This document shows, piece by piece, positions 40,410-50,479 of a DNA stretch of 64,000 nucleotides. Below the pieces are notes generated by a model. It saw only the letters and a program-made list of their open reading frames with translations. It was not told where the DNA came from and made no database searches. Numbering within the stretch: position 1 is the stretch's first letter; each line of letters opens with the position of its first letter. The stretch covers positions 4,800,001 to 4,864,000 of the forward strand of contig OY970192.1 of assembly GCA_963708135.1 (NCBI GenBank). The letters run 5' to 3'. The stretch comes from an uncultured Gemmatimonadales bacterium (GTDB lineage: Bacteria > Gemmatimonadota > Gemmatimonadetes > Longimicrobiales > RSA9). The position numbers and the translations under genes were made by a program.

Positions 40410-40952
40410 GTGGAGAGCCTGAAGGGGAAGCTCCTCCTCTCCGGGGGCGGCCTGTTCGACCCGAACTTTCGGCAGACGGTGGTGCTGCTCGGGGAGCATG
40501 ACGAGACGGGCGCGGTGGGGGTCGTGCTCAACCGCCCCCTGGAGGTCAGTGTGGAGGAGGCGGTTCCGGCGCTGGCCGGCGTGGCCGGTCCGGGCGCGCG
40601 GCTCTTCGGCGGCGGCCCGGTGGAGCCGGAGCAGGCCGTGCTGCTGGTGGAGGTGGCGGACCCCGCCGTCCTGGACGTGCCGGTGCTCGCCTCGATCGGC
40701 TTCGTTACCGGCGAGGTGCCGTGGGACGTGCGATCGTCCGTGCGCCAGGCGCGGGTCTACGTGGGCCACGCGGGCTGGGGCCCCGGGCAGCTCGACGCCG
40801 AGATGGCGAGCGGCGCATGGATCGTGGAGGACGCCACGGCCGAGGACATCTTCGCGGCTGAGCCCGCGGCGTTGTGGCGTCGCATACTGGAGCGGAAGGG
40901 CCCCCGCTACGCCAGGCTCGCCCGCATCCCGTTCGATCCCACGATGAACTGA
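40410..40952 (+). CDS. YqgE/AlgH (UPF0301) family protein
   Basis: DPNFRQTVVLL, GVVLNRP, GGPVE, GHAGWGPGQL..E; GAGGAGG SD. Confidence 0.93.
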   Translation: MESLKGKLLLSGGGLFDPNFRQTVVLLGEHDETGAVGVVLNRPLEVSVEEAVPALAGVAGPGARLFGGGPVEPEQAVLLVEVADPAVLDVPVLASIGFVTGEVPWDVRSSVRQARVYVGHAGWGPGQLDAEMASGAWIVEDATAEDIFAAEPAALWRRILERKGPRYARLARIPFDPTMN

Positions 40953-41044
40953 TCGGGCGGCAGGCGGCCCGGTGCGCCGACGGCCGGCGCGATCGACTCA
41001 AGCCGGCGCGCCCCGGCCGGCGCGCGGCACGGATGCGCTCGTCG

Positions 41045-41924
41045 TCACAGCACGGCGAAGATCCCCTTCATGGCCCGCTCCAGCGCGCGCCGCAGGCCGT
41101 CGGCCTTCGCCCCGAGATGGAACGCCGCCACGGCGACGGGGCGCAGCAGCCCCTCCAGCTCCTCGTCCCGCGCCGCGGCCTGGGCGTCGCCGGGCACGTC
41201 CGCCACGCGCGTCCCCTGCGCGCCCGCCGTGACCACCACTCCTCGCCCGCTCGAGCTCGCCGTACGCCCGCGCCACAGTGCCCGGGGCAATGTCGAGGTC
41301 GTCCGCCAGACGGCGCACGGTCGGCAGCCGGTCCCCGGGCGAGAGCCGCTTCGTCGCCACCGCCTCCTGCACCTGCGCCACGATCTGCTCGTAGATCGAC
41401 GCGCTCGACGAATCATCGATCGCGATGCGGAACCCCGCCTCGGCACCTCGTGCGGGGGCCGCGCTTCGCTCCGCCGCCGTCCCGGATCCGTCGCCGAGAA
41501 CCTCCACCACGGCGGCGCGCGCCGCCTCCAGCGTGACGCCGGCCTCCCGGAGCACACCCGGAACCGTCCGCCCGAGCGCGAGAATCCCGAGAAACAGGTG
41601 CTCCGTCCCCACGTACTCGTGGTTCAGCCGCTTCGCCTCGGCCATGGCCCGCTCGAGCGCGCGCTTCGCCTCGCCCGTGTACGGCAACTCCCCGCCCTGG
41701 CGCGCGGCGCCCCGGTCGCCGCGGAGCTCGACCTCGAGCCGCTCCCCCAGGCCGCGCCCGTCGGCCCCCAGCCGCTCCAGCACCACCATGGCGAGTCCGC
41801 CGCCCTCCCTCAGCAGCCCCATCAGCAGGTGTTCCGGGGCTACCCGGGCATCTCCGTGCTCTGCCGCAACGTCCCGCGCCTCTGCCAGCGCGCGGCGGAC
41901 CCGGTCCGTGAAGTTGTATCGCAT
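41045..41924 (-). pseudogene. Clp N-terminal repeat domain fused to a GntR (YtrA-like) regulator; +1 frameshift at about 41247
   Basis: NFTDRVRRAL..EHLLMGLL and HEYVGTEHLFLG; IYEQIVAQV..GDRLPTVRRLA..TVARAYGELE; GVVVTAGAQGTRV continues in the next frame. Confidence 0.8.
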
Positions 41925-41945
41925 CCGCTCCGCTCCCGACGGGGT

Positions 41946-42007
41946 TTGTACCAATCCGACAGATACAATGGCACGGCGGCGTTCTTGTGTCAATGGAGAT
42001 GGCACAA
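41946..42007. promoter_or_regulatory. Two 23-bp imperfect palindromes, probable GntR operators
   Basis: TTGTACCAATCCGACAGATACAA (41946-41968) and TTGTGTCAATGGAGATGGCACAA (41985-42007). Confidence 0.7.
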
Positions 42008-42039
42008 AGCCCGCACGGTGCGGGTCGGCGGCGGCTTCC

Positions 42040-42069
42040 TTGACGCGGATCCCGTCCGCGCTCTATGCT
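42040..42069 (+). promoter_or_regulatory. Sigma70-like promoter upstream of the PP2C gene
   Basis: TTGACG-N18-TATGCT. Confidence 0.55.
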
Positions 42070-42136
42070 CGGACGTGCGCGAACGCGCGCATCAGCCCTG
42101 CACCCTCATCTCCCATAGCCAGGCGACGGGCCCGTG

Positions 42137-43057
42137 ATGGCGGAGCTTCCTGCAGCGCCTCGAGCATCACAGCGTGCCACGGCGGAAGGGGGCCCGGTGA
42201 GCGGTCCCGCGTCGCCGCAGTTCTCCAACATCGACGCATGGGGGGTCACGCACACCGGCAACATCCGTCCGGACAACCAGGACCACTTCTTCCTGGGGGC
42301 GCTGGCGCGTGGGGTGACGGTGGACTGCTCGAGCACCGGCGAGGCTGGCGGGGGGGTGGTGCACGCGGAGCGTCTCGCGTCGCTGGCGGTGGTGGCGGAT
42401 GGCGTCGGCTCGTCGGGCGGCGGGGAGCAGGCCGCGCGGCGGGCGGTGGAGGGGCTCGTCGCCTCGGTGTCGCGGTTCTTCCACGATGCGGCCGTCCGGG
42501 AGCCGCAGGACCCGGAGGTGTTCTCGCGCCTGCTGCACGACGCGGCGCTGGCGGTCCACGGCAGCCTGCTGGCGGAGGCGGAGCGGGAGGGCGGGCGGCG
42601 CACGTTCGCGACGACGCTCACGCTCTTCCTCGGTCTCTGGCCGCACGCCTACCTGCTCCAGCTGGGCGACTCCCGCTGCTACATCTACCGCGACGGCGTG
42701 CTCACGCAGATCACGCGCGACCAGACGATGGCGCAGGAGCTGATCGACAGCGGCGTGCTGACGCGGACGGTGGCGCAGCGGAGCCGCTGGGCGCACGTCC
42801 TGTCGAGCGCCATGGGCGCGCAGCAGGCGGAGCCGGTGGTGACGCGGGTGGTCCGGGACTGGGGGACGGTCGTGCTGCTGTGCAGCGACGGCCTCACCAA
42901 GCACGTGCCGGACGAGCAGATCCGGGAGCGACTCGCCACCATGACCAGCGCCCGCCAGGTGGTCGAGCAGCTGCTCCAGGACGCCCTCGACGCCGGCGGC
43001 ACGGACAACATCACCCTCATTGTGGGGCGGACCGTGAAGCCCGAGGCGCGCGAGTGA
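42137..43057 (+). CDS. PP2C/PPM-family Ser/Thr protein phosphatase
   Basis: GNIRPDNQD, VVADGVG, GDSRCY, LCSDGL, GGTDNIT; start uncertain. Confidence 0.93.
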   Translation: MAELPAAPRASQRATAEGGPVSGPASPQFSNIDAWGVTHTGNIRPDNQDHFFLGALARGVTVDCSSTGEAGGGVVHAERLASLAVVADGVGSSGGGEQAARRAVEGLVASVSRFFHDAAVREPQDPEVFSRLLHDAALAVHGSLLAEAEREGGRRTFATTLTLFLGLWPHAYLLQLGDSRCYIYRDGVLTQITRDQTMAQELIDSGVLTRTVAQRSRWAHVLSSAMGAQQAEPVVTRVVRDWGTVVLLCSDGLTKHVPDEQIRERLATMTSARQVVEQLLQDALDAGGTDNITLIVGRTVKPEARE

Positions 43058-43100
43058 AGCCGTGGGTGCGCGCGTTCCGCCAGCCAGGAGACCAGTCGAG

Positions 43101-44645
43101 ATGAAGCAATGGATCGCGGTGAGCGCGACGTGCGCGCTGCTCGGTGCGCCCGTCGCGGCGCAGGCGCCCGCGCCACCGAAGGGGTTCGATGCCTACGTCC
43201 AGCGCGTCATGACACAGTGGCAGGTGCCGGGGCTGGCCGTCGCCATCGTGAAGGATGGCAAGGTGGTGCTGGCGCGGGGCTACGGCGTGCGCGAGCTGGG
43301 CAAGCCGGAGCGGGTGGACAGCGCCACGATCTTCGACATCGGCTCCAACACCAAGGCGTTCACGGCGGCCGCGCTGGGCACGCTGGTCTCCTCGGGGAAG
43401 CTCTCCTGGGACGACCACGTCGTGGACTACGTGAGGCCGTTCCGGCTGAGCAGCCCCTACATCACGGCGGAGATCACGCTGCGCGACCTGCTCACGCACG
43501 ACAGCGGGTACTGCGATCCGGGCATGTGGTACACGTCGGACGACACGGCGGTGATCGAGCGGCTGCGCTATCAGAAGCCGGACTACCCGTTCCGGACGAC
43601 GTTCTGCTACAACAACATGCTCTACCTGACGGCGAGCCGGTTCATCCCCGCGGTGACCGGGGAGCCGTGGGACCGCTACATCGCGGAGCACGTGTTCGCG
43701 CCGCTGGACATGCGCAGCACGGTGACGATGGAGGCGCAGGTCGCGGCGGCGCCCAATGTCGCCATGCCGCACGGCATGGTGGACGGCAAGGTCGTGCCGA
43801 TCCACCGCTACTGGCCGCACGACATGGACATCATCTCGCCGGTGGGCGGCATCTACTCGAGCGCCGAGGACATGAGCCACTGGCTGCTCATGCTGCTCGC
43901 TGATGGGCAGTACGAGGGCAGGACGGTGCTGGACTCCTCGGTCGTCAGGGAGATGGAGACGCCGCAGATCGTGATCAAGCCGTCGGGCGTCGGCGAGGAG
44001 ATCCGGTTCTGGATGCCCGGCGGCAGCTTCTACACCTATGGCCTCGGCCTCTTCGTCCAGGACCTGGCGGGTCACACGGTGGTCTGGCACGCGGGCGACA
44101 TCGACGGCATGGCGTCCAACCTGGCCATCGTGCCGGACGCACATCTGGGCGTGGCCGTGCTCTCCAACATGAACGGGAGCGACGCGCGCTTCGGCATCCT
44201 GCACTACGTGCTGCGCTCCTATCTCGGCCTGCCGCCCGGCAACTTCTCCGACTCTCTCTATGCGACGACGCAGCGCCTGCGCCAGCGCGGGGAGGCCGCG
44301 CGGGCCCGGCTCGCCGCCACGCGCAACCCCGAGGGCCAGCCCCCGGCGCCGCTCGCCAGCTACGTGGGGACCTACAGCGACCCGTACGCCGGAACCGCCC
44401 GCGTCACGCTCGAGGATGGCCACCTCGTCCTGCGGCTCGAGAACCCCGACTTCGCCGGCGACCTCGAGTACTGGAACGACGACACCTTCCAGGTGCGCTA
44501 CCGCTACCGCTACCGCGGCACGGCGTACGTGACCTTCGCGACCGACGTGGCGGGCAAGCCTCAGAGCCTCTCCATGGGCCGGGGCGGGCTGCACTACGAG
44601 CGGGTGAAGGGCACGGGCAACGGCGGGGCGAAGCCGTCGCCGTGA
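43101..44645 (+). CDS. Secreted serine hydrolase (beta-lactamase family) with DUF3471-like C-terminus
   Basis: Signal peptide, SNTK (SxxK), LLTH, YNN, WHAG. Confidence 0.92.
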   Translation: MKQWIAVSATCALLGAPVAAQAPAPPKGFDAYVQRVMTQWQVPGLAVAIVKDGKVVLARGYGVRELGKPERVDSATIFDIGSNTKAFTAAALGTLVSSGKLSWDDHVVDYVRPFRLSSPYITAEITLRDLLTHDSGYCDPGMWYTSDDTAVIERLRYQKPDYPFRTTFCYNNMLYLTASRFIPAVTGEPWDRYIAEHVFAPLDMRSTVTMEAQVAAAPNVAMPHGMVDGKVVPIHRYWPHDMDIISPVGGIYSSAEDMSHWLLMLLADGQYEGRTVLDSSVVREMETPQIVIKPSGVGEEIRFWMPGGSFYTYGLGLFVQDLAGHTVVWHAGDIDGMASNLAIVPDAHLGVAVLSNMNGSDARFGILHYVLRSYLGLPPGNFSDSLYATTQRLRQRGEAARARLAATRNPEGQPPAPLASYVGTYSDPYAGTARVTLEDGHLVLRLENPDFAGDLEYWNDDTFQVRYRYRYRGTAYVTFATDVAGKPQSLSMGRGGLHYERVKGTGNGGAKPSP

Positions 44646-44687
44646 GGCGATGAAAGGCCGCACCGTCAACACCCTCGCGCTCGAGCC

Positions 44688-47360
44688 ATGACCGCGATCC
44701 CGGAGCGCCTCGCCTCGGCCCTCGCCGACCGCTACCGCGTCGAGCGCGAGCTCGGCGAGGGCGGGATGGCCACGGTCTATCTGGCGGAGGACCTGAAGCA
44801 CCACCGGCAGGTGGCGCTCAAGGTGCTCAAGCCGGAGCTCGCGGCCACGCTGGGCGCCGACCGGTTCCTGCGCGAGATCGACGTCGCGGCCAGTCTGCAG
44901 CACCCGCACATCCTGCCGCTGTTCGACTCGGGCGAGGCGGGCGGCTTCCTGTTCTACGTGATGCCGTATATCCAGGGCGAGTCGCTGCGCGCGAGGCTGG
45001 CGCGTGGCGGCGAGCTGCCGGTGCCCGAGGCCGCGAAGATCCTGCGCGACGTGCTGGACGCCCTCGCCCACGCACACCAGCACGGCGTGGTGCACCGCGA
45101 CATCAAGCCGGACAACGTGCTGCTCTCGGGGCGGCACGCGCTCGTGACGGACTTCGGCGTCGCGAAGGCTGTGAGCGAGGCGACGGGGCGCCAGTCGCTC
45201 ACGACGGTTGGCGTCGCCCTCGGCACGCCATCCTACATGGCCCCGGAGCAGGCAACCGCAGATCCCAACGTGGATTTCCGCGCCGACCTGTACGCCGTCG
45301 GGGCCATGGCGTACGAGATGCTCACCGGCAACCCGCCGTTCAGCGGGGCGAGCCCGCAGGCCATCCTGGCGGCGCAGGTGACGGAGCCCGCCAGGCCGAT
45401 CACGGCCGTCCGCCCCTCCGTGCCGGCACTGCTCGGCCAGCTGGTCATGCAGTGCCTCGAGAAGCGCCCCGCGGACCGGCCCACGAGCGCCGACGCGCTG
45501 CTGCCCACGCTGGAGGCACTGGCGACGCCGAGCGGCGGCGTGACACCGGCCGCGACGGCGCCCTTCGCGGCCGCGCACGCTCACCCGCGGCGGGGCCCGA
45601 TCCCGCGGATGGCGGCGATTGCGCTGGGCGTCGTCGCCTTCGGTGGCGCCGCGTACGGCGGCTATCGGCTGCTCCGGCCGGCGGCCCGCGCCAGCGCGCA
45701 CTCGCTGGCGGTGCTCCCCTTCGAGAACGCGGGAGGGGACACCACCAACCAGGTGTTCACCAATGGCGTACAGGACGAGATCCTGACGGACCTCACGCGC
45801 ATCGGGGCGCTGCAGGTCACATCGCGCACCTCGGTCCAGGAGTACCGCCACACCACGAAGAGCGTGAAGCAGATCGGCGCGGAGCTCGGCGTGGCGACGG
45901 TGCTCGAGGGGCAGGTGCAGCGCGCGGGCAGCCAGGTGCACGTCACCGTGCAGCTCGTGGATGCCACGCGCGACCGGCAGATCTGGGCCAGCTCGTACGA
46001 CCGCAAGCTGACGGCGGAGAACATCTTCGCCATCCAGGGCGACATCGCGCAGAACGTGGCGCACGCGCTCCAGGCGAGCCTCACCGCCTCTCAGGAGAGC
46101 GCGATGGAGACGTCACCGACCGCCGACCTCGAGGCGCTGGACTGGTACCACCGCGGCAAGGAGCTGTTCGACAACCGGAGCGGCGTCAACGACACGGCCA
46201 TCAGCGCGGCGTTCGGCCGCGCGGTTGCGCGCGACTCGAGCTTCGCGGGGGCGTGGGCGTGGCTGGCCGCGGCGCGGAGCTGGGAGGTGCGCGACGGCTG
46301 GACGACGGATACCGTTCCCGCCCGGACCGCGCTCGACCGCGCGCTCGCGCTCGCGCCATCCGCGCCCGAGACGGAGCTCGCGCAGGCCTTCTTCACCTAC
46401 TACGCGAAGGCCGATTACAATGACGCGCTGCGCCATTTTCGGGCGCTGGCGGACAAGCGCCCGGGCGACGTGGACGCGATCCAGGGCATCGGCTACATCG
46501 CGCGCCGGCAGGGGCGCTGGGACGACGCCCTCGAGCACGAGCGGAAGGTCATCACGCTCAGCCCGCGCGAGCCGAGCGCGCTCTACGATCTGGGCGAGAG
46601 CTATATGATGCTCCGCCGGTTCGACGAGGCCGACAAGCAGATCCGCCGCGCGCTCATCCTCGACCCGCGCAACGAGCGCACCATCGCAGACCTGAGCTTC
46701 TGTCTCCTCGCCCGCGGGGATACGGCCGCCGCGCGAAGGGTGGCCAGCGGGATGGCCGCCAGCCATGAATTCGGCGCCCTCACGGCTGCCCCCTGGCTGA
46801 TCGACCGCTGGGCAGGGCGCTACGCCGCCGCGAGTACACGCGTCGATTCCCTTCTCGAGATGCGCCCCGTGTACCGGCCCGGCAAGGCGGTCGAGCACGC
46901 GCTCGACGACCTTGCCGCCGGCGATACCGGCCGTGCCCGGCTACACTCGGACTCCGCCGCCCACCTCGCCCGATCCGCGATCGCCCACTACGGCCCGACC
47001 GACGTGTTCGGCAACCTCGCCGATCTCCACATGGTGCTGGGGCTGGCCGAGGCGATCGAGGGAAAGGCGAGCGACGCCGCGGCCGACGTACGCCGCGCCA
47101 TCGCGCTGAACCCGCGTGCCCGGGACGCCATCGAGGCGAGTCGGGCCGAGGAGACCCTGGTCCTCGTCCACGTGATCCTCGGTCACCGGGACGAGGCGAT
47201 CCGGCTGATCCGGGAGCAGGCGCACCGACCCCTGGCTTTCTCGAGTATCCTGCCATTGTCCCGGGCCACGATCCGCATGGATCCGCTGTTCGCCGGGATC
47301 CGCCCGGACCCCCGGCTGAGGGCGCTGCTCGCGGATGACGCCGCCTGGGTGGTCCGATGA
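44688..47360 (+). CDS. Ser/Thr kinase, TM helix, TolB-N-like domain and TPR repeats
   Basis: HRDIKPDN, DFG, YMAPEQ; SLAVLPFEN; TPR-like helices. Confidence 0.93.
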   Translation: MTAIPERLASALADRYRVERELGEGGMATVYLAEDLKHHRQVALKVLKPELAATLGADRFLREIDVAASLQHPHILPLFDSGEAGGFLFYVMPYIQGESLRARLARGGELPVPEAAKILRDVLDALAHAHQHGVVHRDIKPDNVLLSGRHALVTDFGVAKAVSEATGRQSLTTVGVALGTPSYMAPEQATADPNVDFRADLYAVGAMAYEMLTGNPPFSGASPQAILAAQVTEPARPITAVRPSVPALLGQLVMQCLEKRPADRPTSADALLPTLEALATPSGGVTPAATAPFAAAHAHPRRGPIPRMAAIALGVVAFGGAAYGGYRLLRPAARASAHSLAVLPFENAGGDTTNQVFTNGVQDEILTDLTRIGALQVTSRTSVQEYRHTTKSVKQIGAELGVATVLEGQVQRAGSQVHVTVQLVDATRDRQIWASSYDRKLTAENIFAIQGDIAQNVAHALQASLTASQESAMETSPTADLEALDWYHRGKELFDNRSGVNDTAISAAFGRAVARDSSFAGAWAWLAAARSWEVRDGWTTDTVPARTALDRALALAPSAPETELAQAFFTYYAKADYNDALRHFRALADKRPGDVDAIQGIGYIARRQGRWDDALEHERKVITLSPREPSALYDLGESYMMLRRFDEADKQIRRALILDPRNERTIADLSFCLLARGDTAAARRVASGMAASHEFGALTAAPWLIDRWAGRYAAASTRVDSLLEMRPVYRPGKAVEHALDDLAAGDTGRARLHSDSAAHLARSAIAHYGPTDVFGNLADLHMVLGLAEAIEGKASDAAADVRRAIALNPRARDAIEASRAEETLVLVHVILGHRDEAIRLIREQAHRPLAFSSILPLSRATIRMDPLFAGIRPDPRLRALLADDAAWVVR

Positions 47361-47380
47361 GCCGCACAGGTGGCGCCGAA

Positions 47381-47794
47381 TCAGTCGAGCAGGAGCACGA
47401 ACCCGGCAATGCGGAAGTGGGAATCCGTCGTGATCGCCTCGCGGATGCGCCGCTCGCGCATGATCACGACGCTCGTGCAGTCGGTGAACAAGAACGCCTG
47501 GTCGTGGTACTTGCGGAACTGGCCTTCCGCCGCCTCGAAGCGCTCGGAGCCCACCCACTCCAGGTCGAGAGCGGCCGTCTCGTGGATCAGGTCCAGAAGC
47601 CGGAATGCCATGCTCGTTCCGGCGCGGGCCCGCGCCAGCGTGCACGACTCGTCCAGCACGTAGTCCGTCGTGACCAGCCGCGCACCACCCCGGACCAGCT
47701 CTGCCACGAGCTCCGCCGTCCGCGCGTGCGCCGCATCGTTGCGATCGATCAGCGCGTACCAGCCGGACGTGTCCACGAAGACGCTTCTCGCCAT
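47381..47794 (-). CDS. vapC: PIN-domain (VapC) toxin
   Basis: VFVDTSGW, VLDE, FTDCTS, TTDSHF. Confidence 0.92.
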   Translation of the reverse strand: MARSVFVDTSGWYALIDRNDAAHARTAELVAELVRGGARLVTTDYVLDESCTLARARAGTSMAFRLLDLIHETAALDLEWVGSERFEAAEGQFRKYHDQAFLFTDCTSVVIMRERRIREAITTDSHFRIAGFVLLLD

Positions 47795-47803
47795 GACGGC
47801 GGC

Positions 47804-48049
47804 TCAACGCTCGTAGATGAGCCGATCGATCTCCTCCCCCGTGAGGACGCCTCCCGGCCCGTCCACGGCGAAGTCCTCGATGTGGAGGAGGGGATCGTCC
47901 TCCGGAACGGTGCTCCCCCCATCGCCGACCGGCTCGAGGCGCGCCACCGCCTTCCCCCGGTAGGTGAGCAGGAGCCGCTCCCCCCGTCGGAGCGCGTCCA
48001 GCGCGCGCCGGGCGTTGCGCCGGAACTCGAGCATCGTGATCTCTCTCAT
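47804..48049 (-). CDS. Phd/YefM-family antitoxin
   Basis: MREITMLEFRRN..LLTYRGKAVARLEP; directly upstream of vapC. Confidence 0.88.
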   Translation of the reverse strand: MREITMLEFRRNARRALDALRRGERLLLTYRGKAVARLEPVGDGGSTVPEDDPLLHIEDFAVDGPGGVLTGEEIDRLIYER

Positions 48050-48103
48050 GGACATCAAGTTAACCTTCAAGTTGAAGTCGAGGAAGCTCCGTAATGGGGA
48101 CCG

Positions 48104-48487
48104 TCAGCTCTCCAGCTCACCCACGAGCAGGCGGTGTGACGCACGGACGCGGCGGTCCAGCGTGCAGAGCGGCACCCGCCGCGCCTCGCTGTGCGCGGCC
48201 AGGAATCGGTCGAATGGATCGCGCGTCCACGAGAGCGGCAGCGCCTTCTCCACGAGGGCCACCAGGGGCACCTCGTCCACCACGAACCGGGGATCCGCGG
48301 CCACGGCGCGCGTGAACGCGGGCTGCCGAACCTCCAGACGGCCGACCTCGGCCAGGAACTGGATCTCCAGGAAGGACACGGGAGAGATGCCCCACGGGCG
48401 GTATCCGTCTAGCCACGGAAACTCCTTCAGGCGCTCGGCCCCGAGGACCGTCCAGAGGAGGAAGTGCGTGTCCAGCAGGATCTTCAC
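48104..48487 (-). CDS. vapC: PIN-domain (VapC) toxin
   Basis: ILLDTHFLLW, SFLEI, RDPFDRFLAA, TLD; GTGA overlap. Confidence 0.92.
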   Translation of the reverse strand: MKILLDTHFLLWTVLGAERLKEFPWLDGYRPWGISPVSFLEIQFLAEVGRLEVRQPAFTRAVAADPRFVVDEVPLVALVEKALPLSWTRDPFDRFLAAHSEARRVPLCTLDRRVRASHRLLVGELES

Positions 48488-48732
48488 CCCTCCGGCTCCA
48501 GGTCCTCGGCGTCCTCGGACCACGTCCAGCCCCACCGATCCGCCTCCTCCAGCCCGGGCACGCGCAGGAGCGAAGCGTAGTCCGGGAGGTCGCCCGCCTC
48601 TCTCGCGTCCGGCTCCCGCCGCAGCACGATGCGACGTCCCCCACGCTCGATGCACACCACCGCTCCCGCGGCCACCTCGTCGAGCAGCCGGAACCAGTTC
48701 CTGCGGGCCTCGCTGGCCGTCACGCGTTTCAT
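48484..48732 (-). CDS. Phd/YefM-family antitoxin
   Basis: MKRVTASEARRNWFRLLDEVAAG..IERGG. Confidence 0.85.
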   Translation of the reverse strand: MKRVTASEARRNWFRLLDEVAAGAVVCIERGGRRIVLRREPDAREAGDLPDYASLLRVPGLEEADRWGWTWSEDAEDLEPEG

Positions 48733-48747
48733 GTGTACAATGTACAA
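48733..48747 (-). promoter_or_regulatory. Tandem TGTACA operator overlapping a -10 box (TACATT)
   Basis: TGTACA at 48734 and 48741; -10 lies 6 nt before the ATG. Confidence 0.65.
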
Positions 48748-48990
48748 CTGGACCGCGGCCGCGGCAAGACCCCCGATCACCGTCGCCGCGGGTTCGAGCC
48801 ATTCCGAGCCCCGCCGGTGCGTCTGCACCCCGGGCTTCGTATCCATGGCGGTCATCCGGCGCGCTCCTCGTTGGTCAGGTACACTCTCGTACGATGCTTG
48901 GCGATGGCTGTAAGGCGGACAATGTCGGCGGCATCCGCGGGCGGAGCGATAGCGGAATCGGCCACCCAGCGGCGACGCGGGGGCTTTTGG

Positions 48991-50451
48991 ATGCCTGAAC
49001 CGGGAAGGCCTCGCGGCGCGGCGGAGGTCGCCGCCGTCGCCTCGCACGGCGCGGGGCTCAGGCGGGAGCTCGGGCTGTGGGATCTCGTGCTGACGCAGGT
49101 GATGTTCATCGTGGGCGCGCAGTGGGTGGGCACGGCGGCCATACTGGGCCACTCGCAGGTCGTCTACTGGCTTCTCGCCATGGCGGCGTTCTACGTGCCG
49201 CAGGCGGCGGTGGTGATCTTCCTGAACCGGCAGATGCCGCTCGAGGGCGGGCTGTATCAGTGGGCGAGGATCGGGTTCAACGACGGGATCGGGTTCATGG
49301 TCGCGTGGAACCTGTGGGTGTTCGGGGTCATCCTCCTCTCGTCCTACGGGGTCGTGATCGCCGAGACGTTCGGCTACGTGCTGGGTCCGAGCGCGCACTG
49401 GCTGACCGGCACGAAGTGGTACGACGGCGCGGTCACCGGCTTCGTGGTGGCGATGATCATCCTGGTCTCGTTGTACGGCCTGCGCATCGGCAAGTGGGTG
49501 CACGACGCGGGCGGGCTGGCGCACCTGCTGACGTTCGCCGCGCTGCTGCTGATGCCGATCTTCGCGTTCGCGCATCACACGGTGGCCGACCACCACCCGT
49601 TCGCGGTGGCAATGCCCGGGGCGACGCTTCTGTCGGTCAACATCTTCAGCAAGATGGCGCTCGGCGCGCTGACCGGCTTCGAGTTCGTGGCGATCCTCGC
49701 CGGGGAGACGCGCGATCCCGCTCGGGCGATCGGCCGGTCCGTGCTCATCGCCACGCCGGTGATCGCGCTCATGTTCATCCTGGGCACGAGCGCCGTGCTG
49801 GCGGCCACGCCGGCGGGGAAGATCGACCTTATCGCACCCATCCCGCAGGCGCTCACGTACGGGCTGCGCTCCTTCGGCTGGGCGGTCTACATCGTCCCGG
49901 TGCTCACGATGCTGCTGCTCATGCGGCACATCGCGAACGTGAACCTGCTCTTCGCGGCCAACGCACGCCTGCCGATGGTGGCCGGCTGGGACGGCCTGCT
50001 GCCGGGCTGGTTCACGCGGCTGCACCCGCGCTACAGGACGCCGCTCAACTCGATCCTGTTCCTCGGCGCCGTAACGCTCGCGTTCGGCGCGCTGAGCCTC
50101 GTCGGCGTCGGGCTGCAGGAGACCTTCCAGCTGCTGGACAACGCGGCCGGCGTGCTGTACGCCGTCTGTTACCTCGCCATGTTCGCGCTGCCGCTGGTGG
50201 GTATGCGGGGATTCCAGCGCGCGCCGCTGTGGCTGCGCCTGGCGGCGGTGTCCGGCTTCGCGGTCACGCTGCTCTACATCGTGCTGTCGGTGTTCCCGAT
50301 CATCGACGTGAAGAGCTGGGCGAGCTTCGCCGCCAAGATCATCGTGGTGGTCGTCGCCGCGAACCTGGTCGGCGTGGCCATCTATCGCGCGGAGAAACGG
50401 CGGCAGGCGGCGCGCGAGGCCGCGATGGCGGGCGTGGCCGGCGCGGCATAG
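48991..50451 (+). CDS. APC-family amino acid permease
   Basis: LRRELGLWDL, PLEGGLYQW, GFEFVAILAGE, LHPRYRTP; about 12 TM; start could be 48922. Confidence 0.92.
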   Translation: MPEPGRPRGAAEVAAVASHGAGLRRELGLWDLVLTQVMFIVGAQWVGTAAILGHSQVVYWLLAMAAFYVPQAAVVIFLNRQMPLEGGLYQWARIGFNDGIGFMVAWNLWVFGVILLSSYGVVIAETFGYVLGPSAHWLTGTKWYDGAVTGFVVAMIILVSLYGLRIGKWVHDAGGLAHLLTFAALLLMPIFAFAHHTVADHHPFAVAMPGATLLSVNIFSKMALGALTGFEFVAILAGETRDPARAIGRSVLIATPVIALMFILGTSAVLAATPAGKIDLIAPIPQALTYGLRSFGWAVYIVPVLTMLLLMRHIANVNLLFAANARLPMVAGWDGLLPGWFTRLHPRYRTPLNSILFLGAVTLAFGALSLVGVGLQETFQLLDNAAGVLYAVCYLAMFALPLVGMRGFQRAPLWLRLAAVSGFAVTLLYIVLSVFPIIDVKSWASFAAKIIVVVVAANLVGVAIYRAEKRRQAAREAAMAGVAGAA

Positions 50452-50479
50452 CCACCTCGCGCGAGAGTTCCAACGCAGG

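Noticed and set aside
42000..42015. Sigma54 promoter TGGCACAAAGCCCGCA
   Set aside because: The -12 element lacks TTGC; better explained as part of the GntR operator
48750..48855. Possible gene stub (MTAMDTKPG...VIGGLAAAA) in frame with the antitoxin
   Set aside because: Cannot be assigned; a leaderless start at 48732 explains the antitoxin
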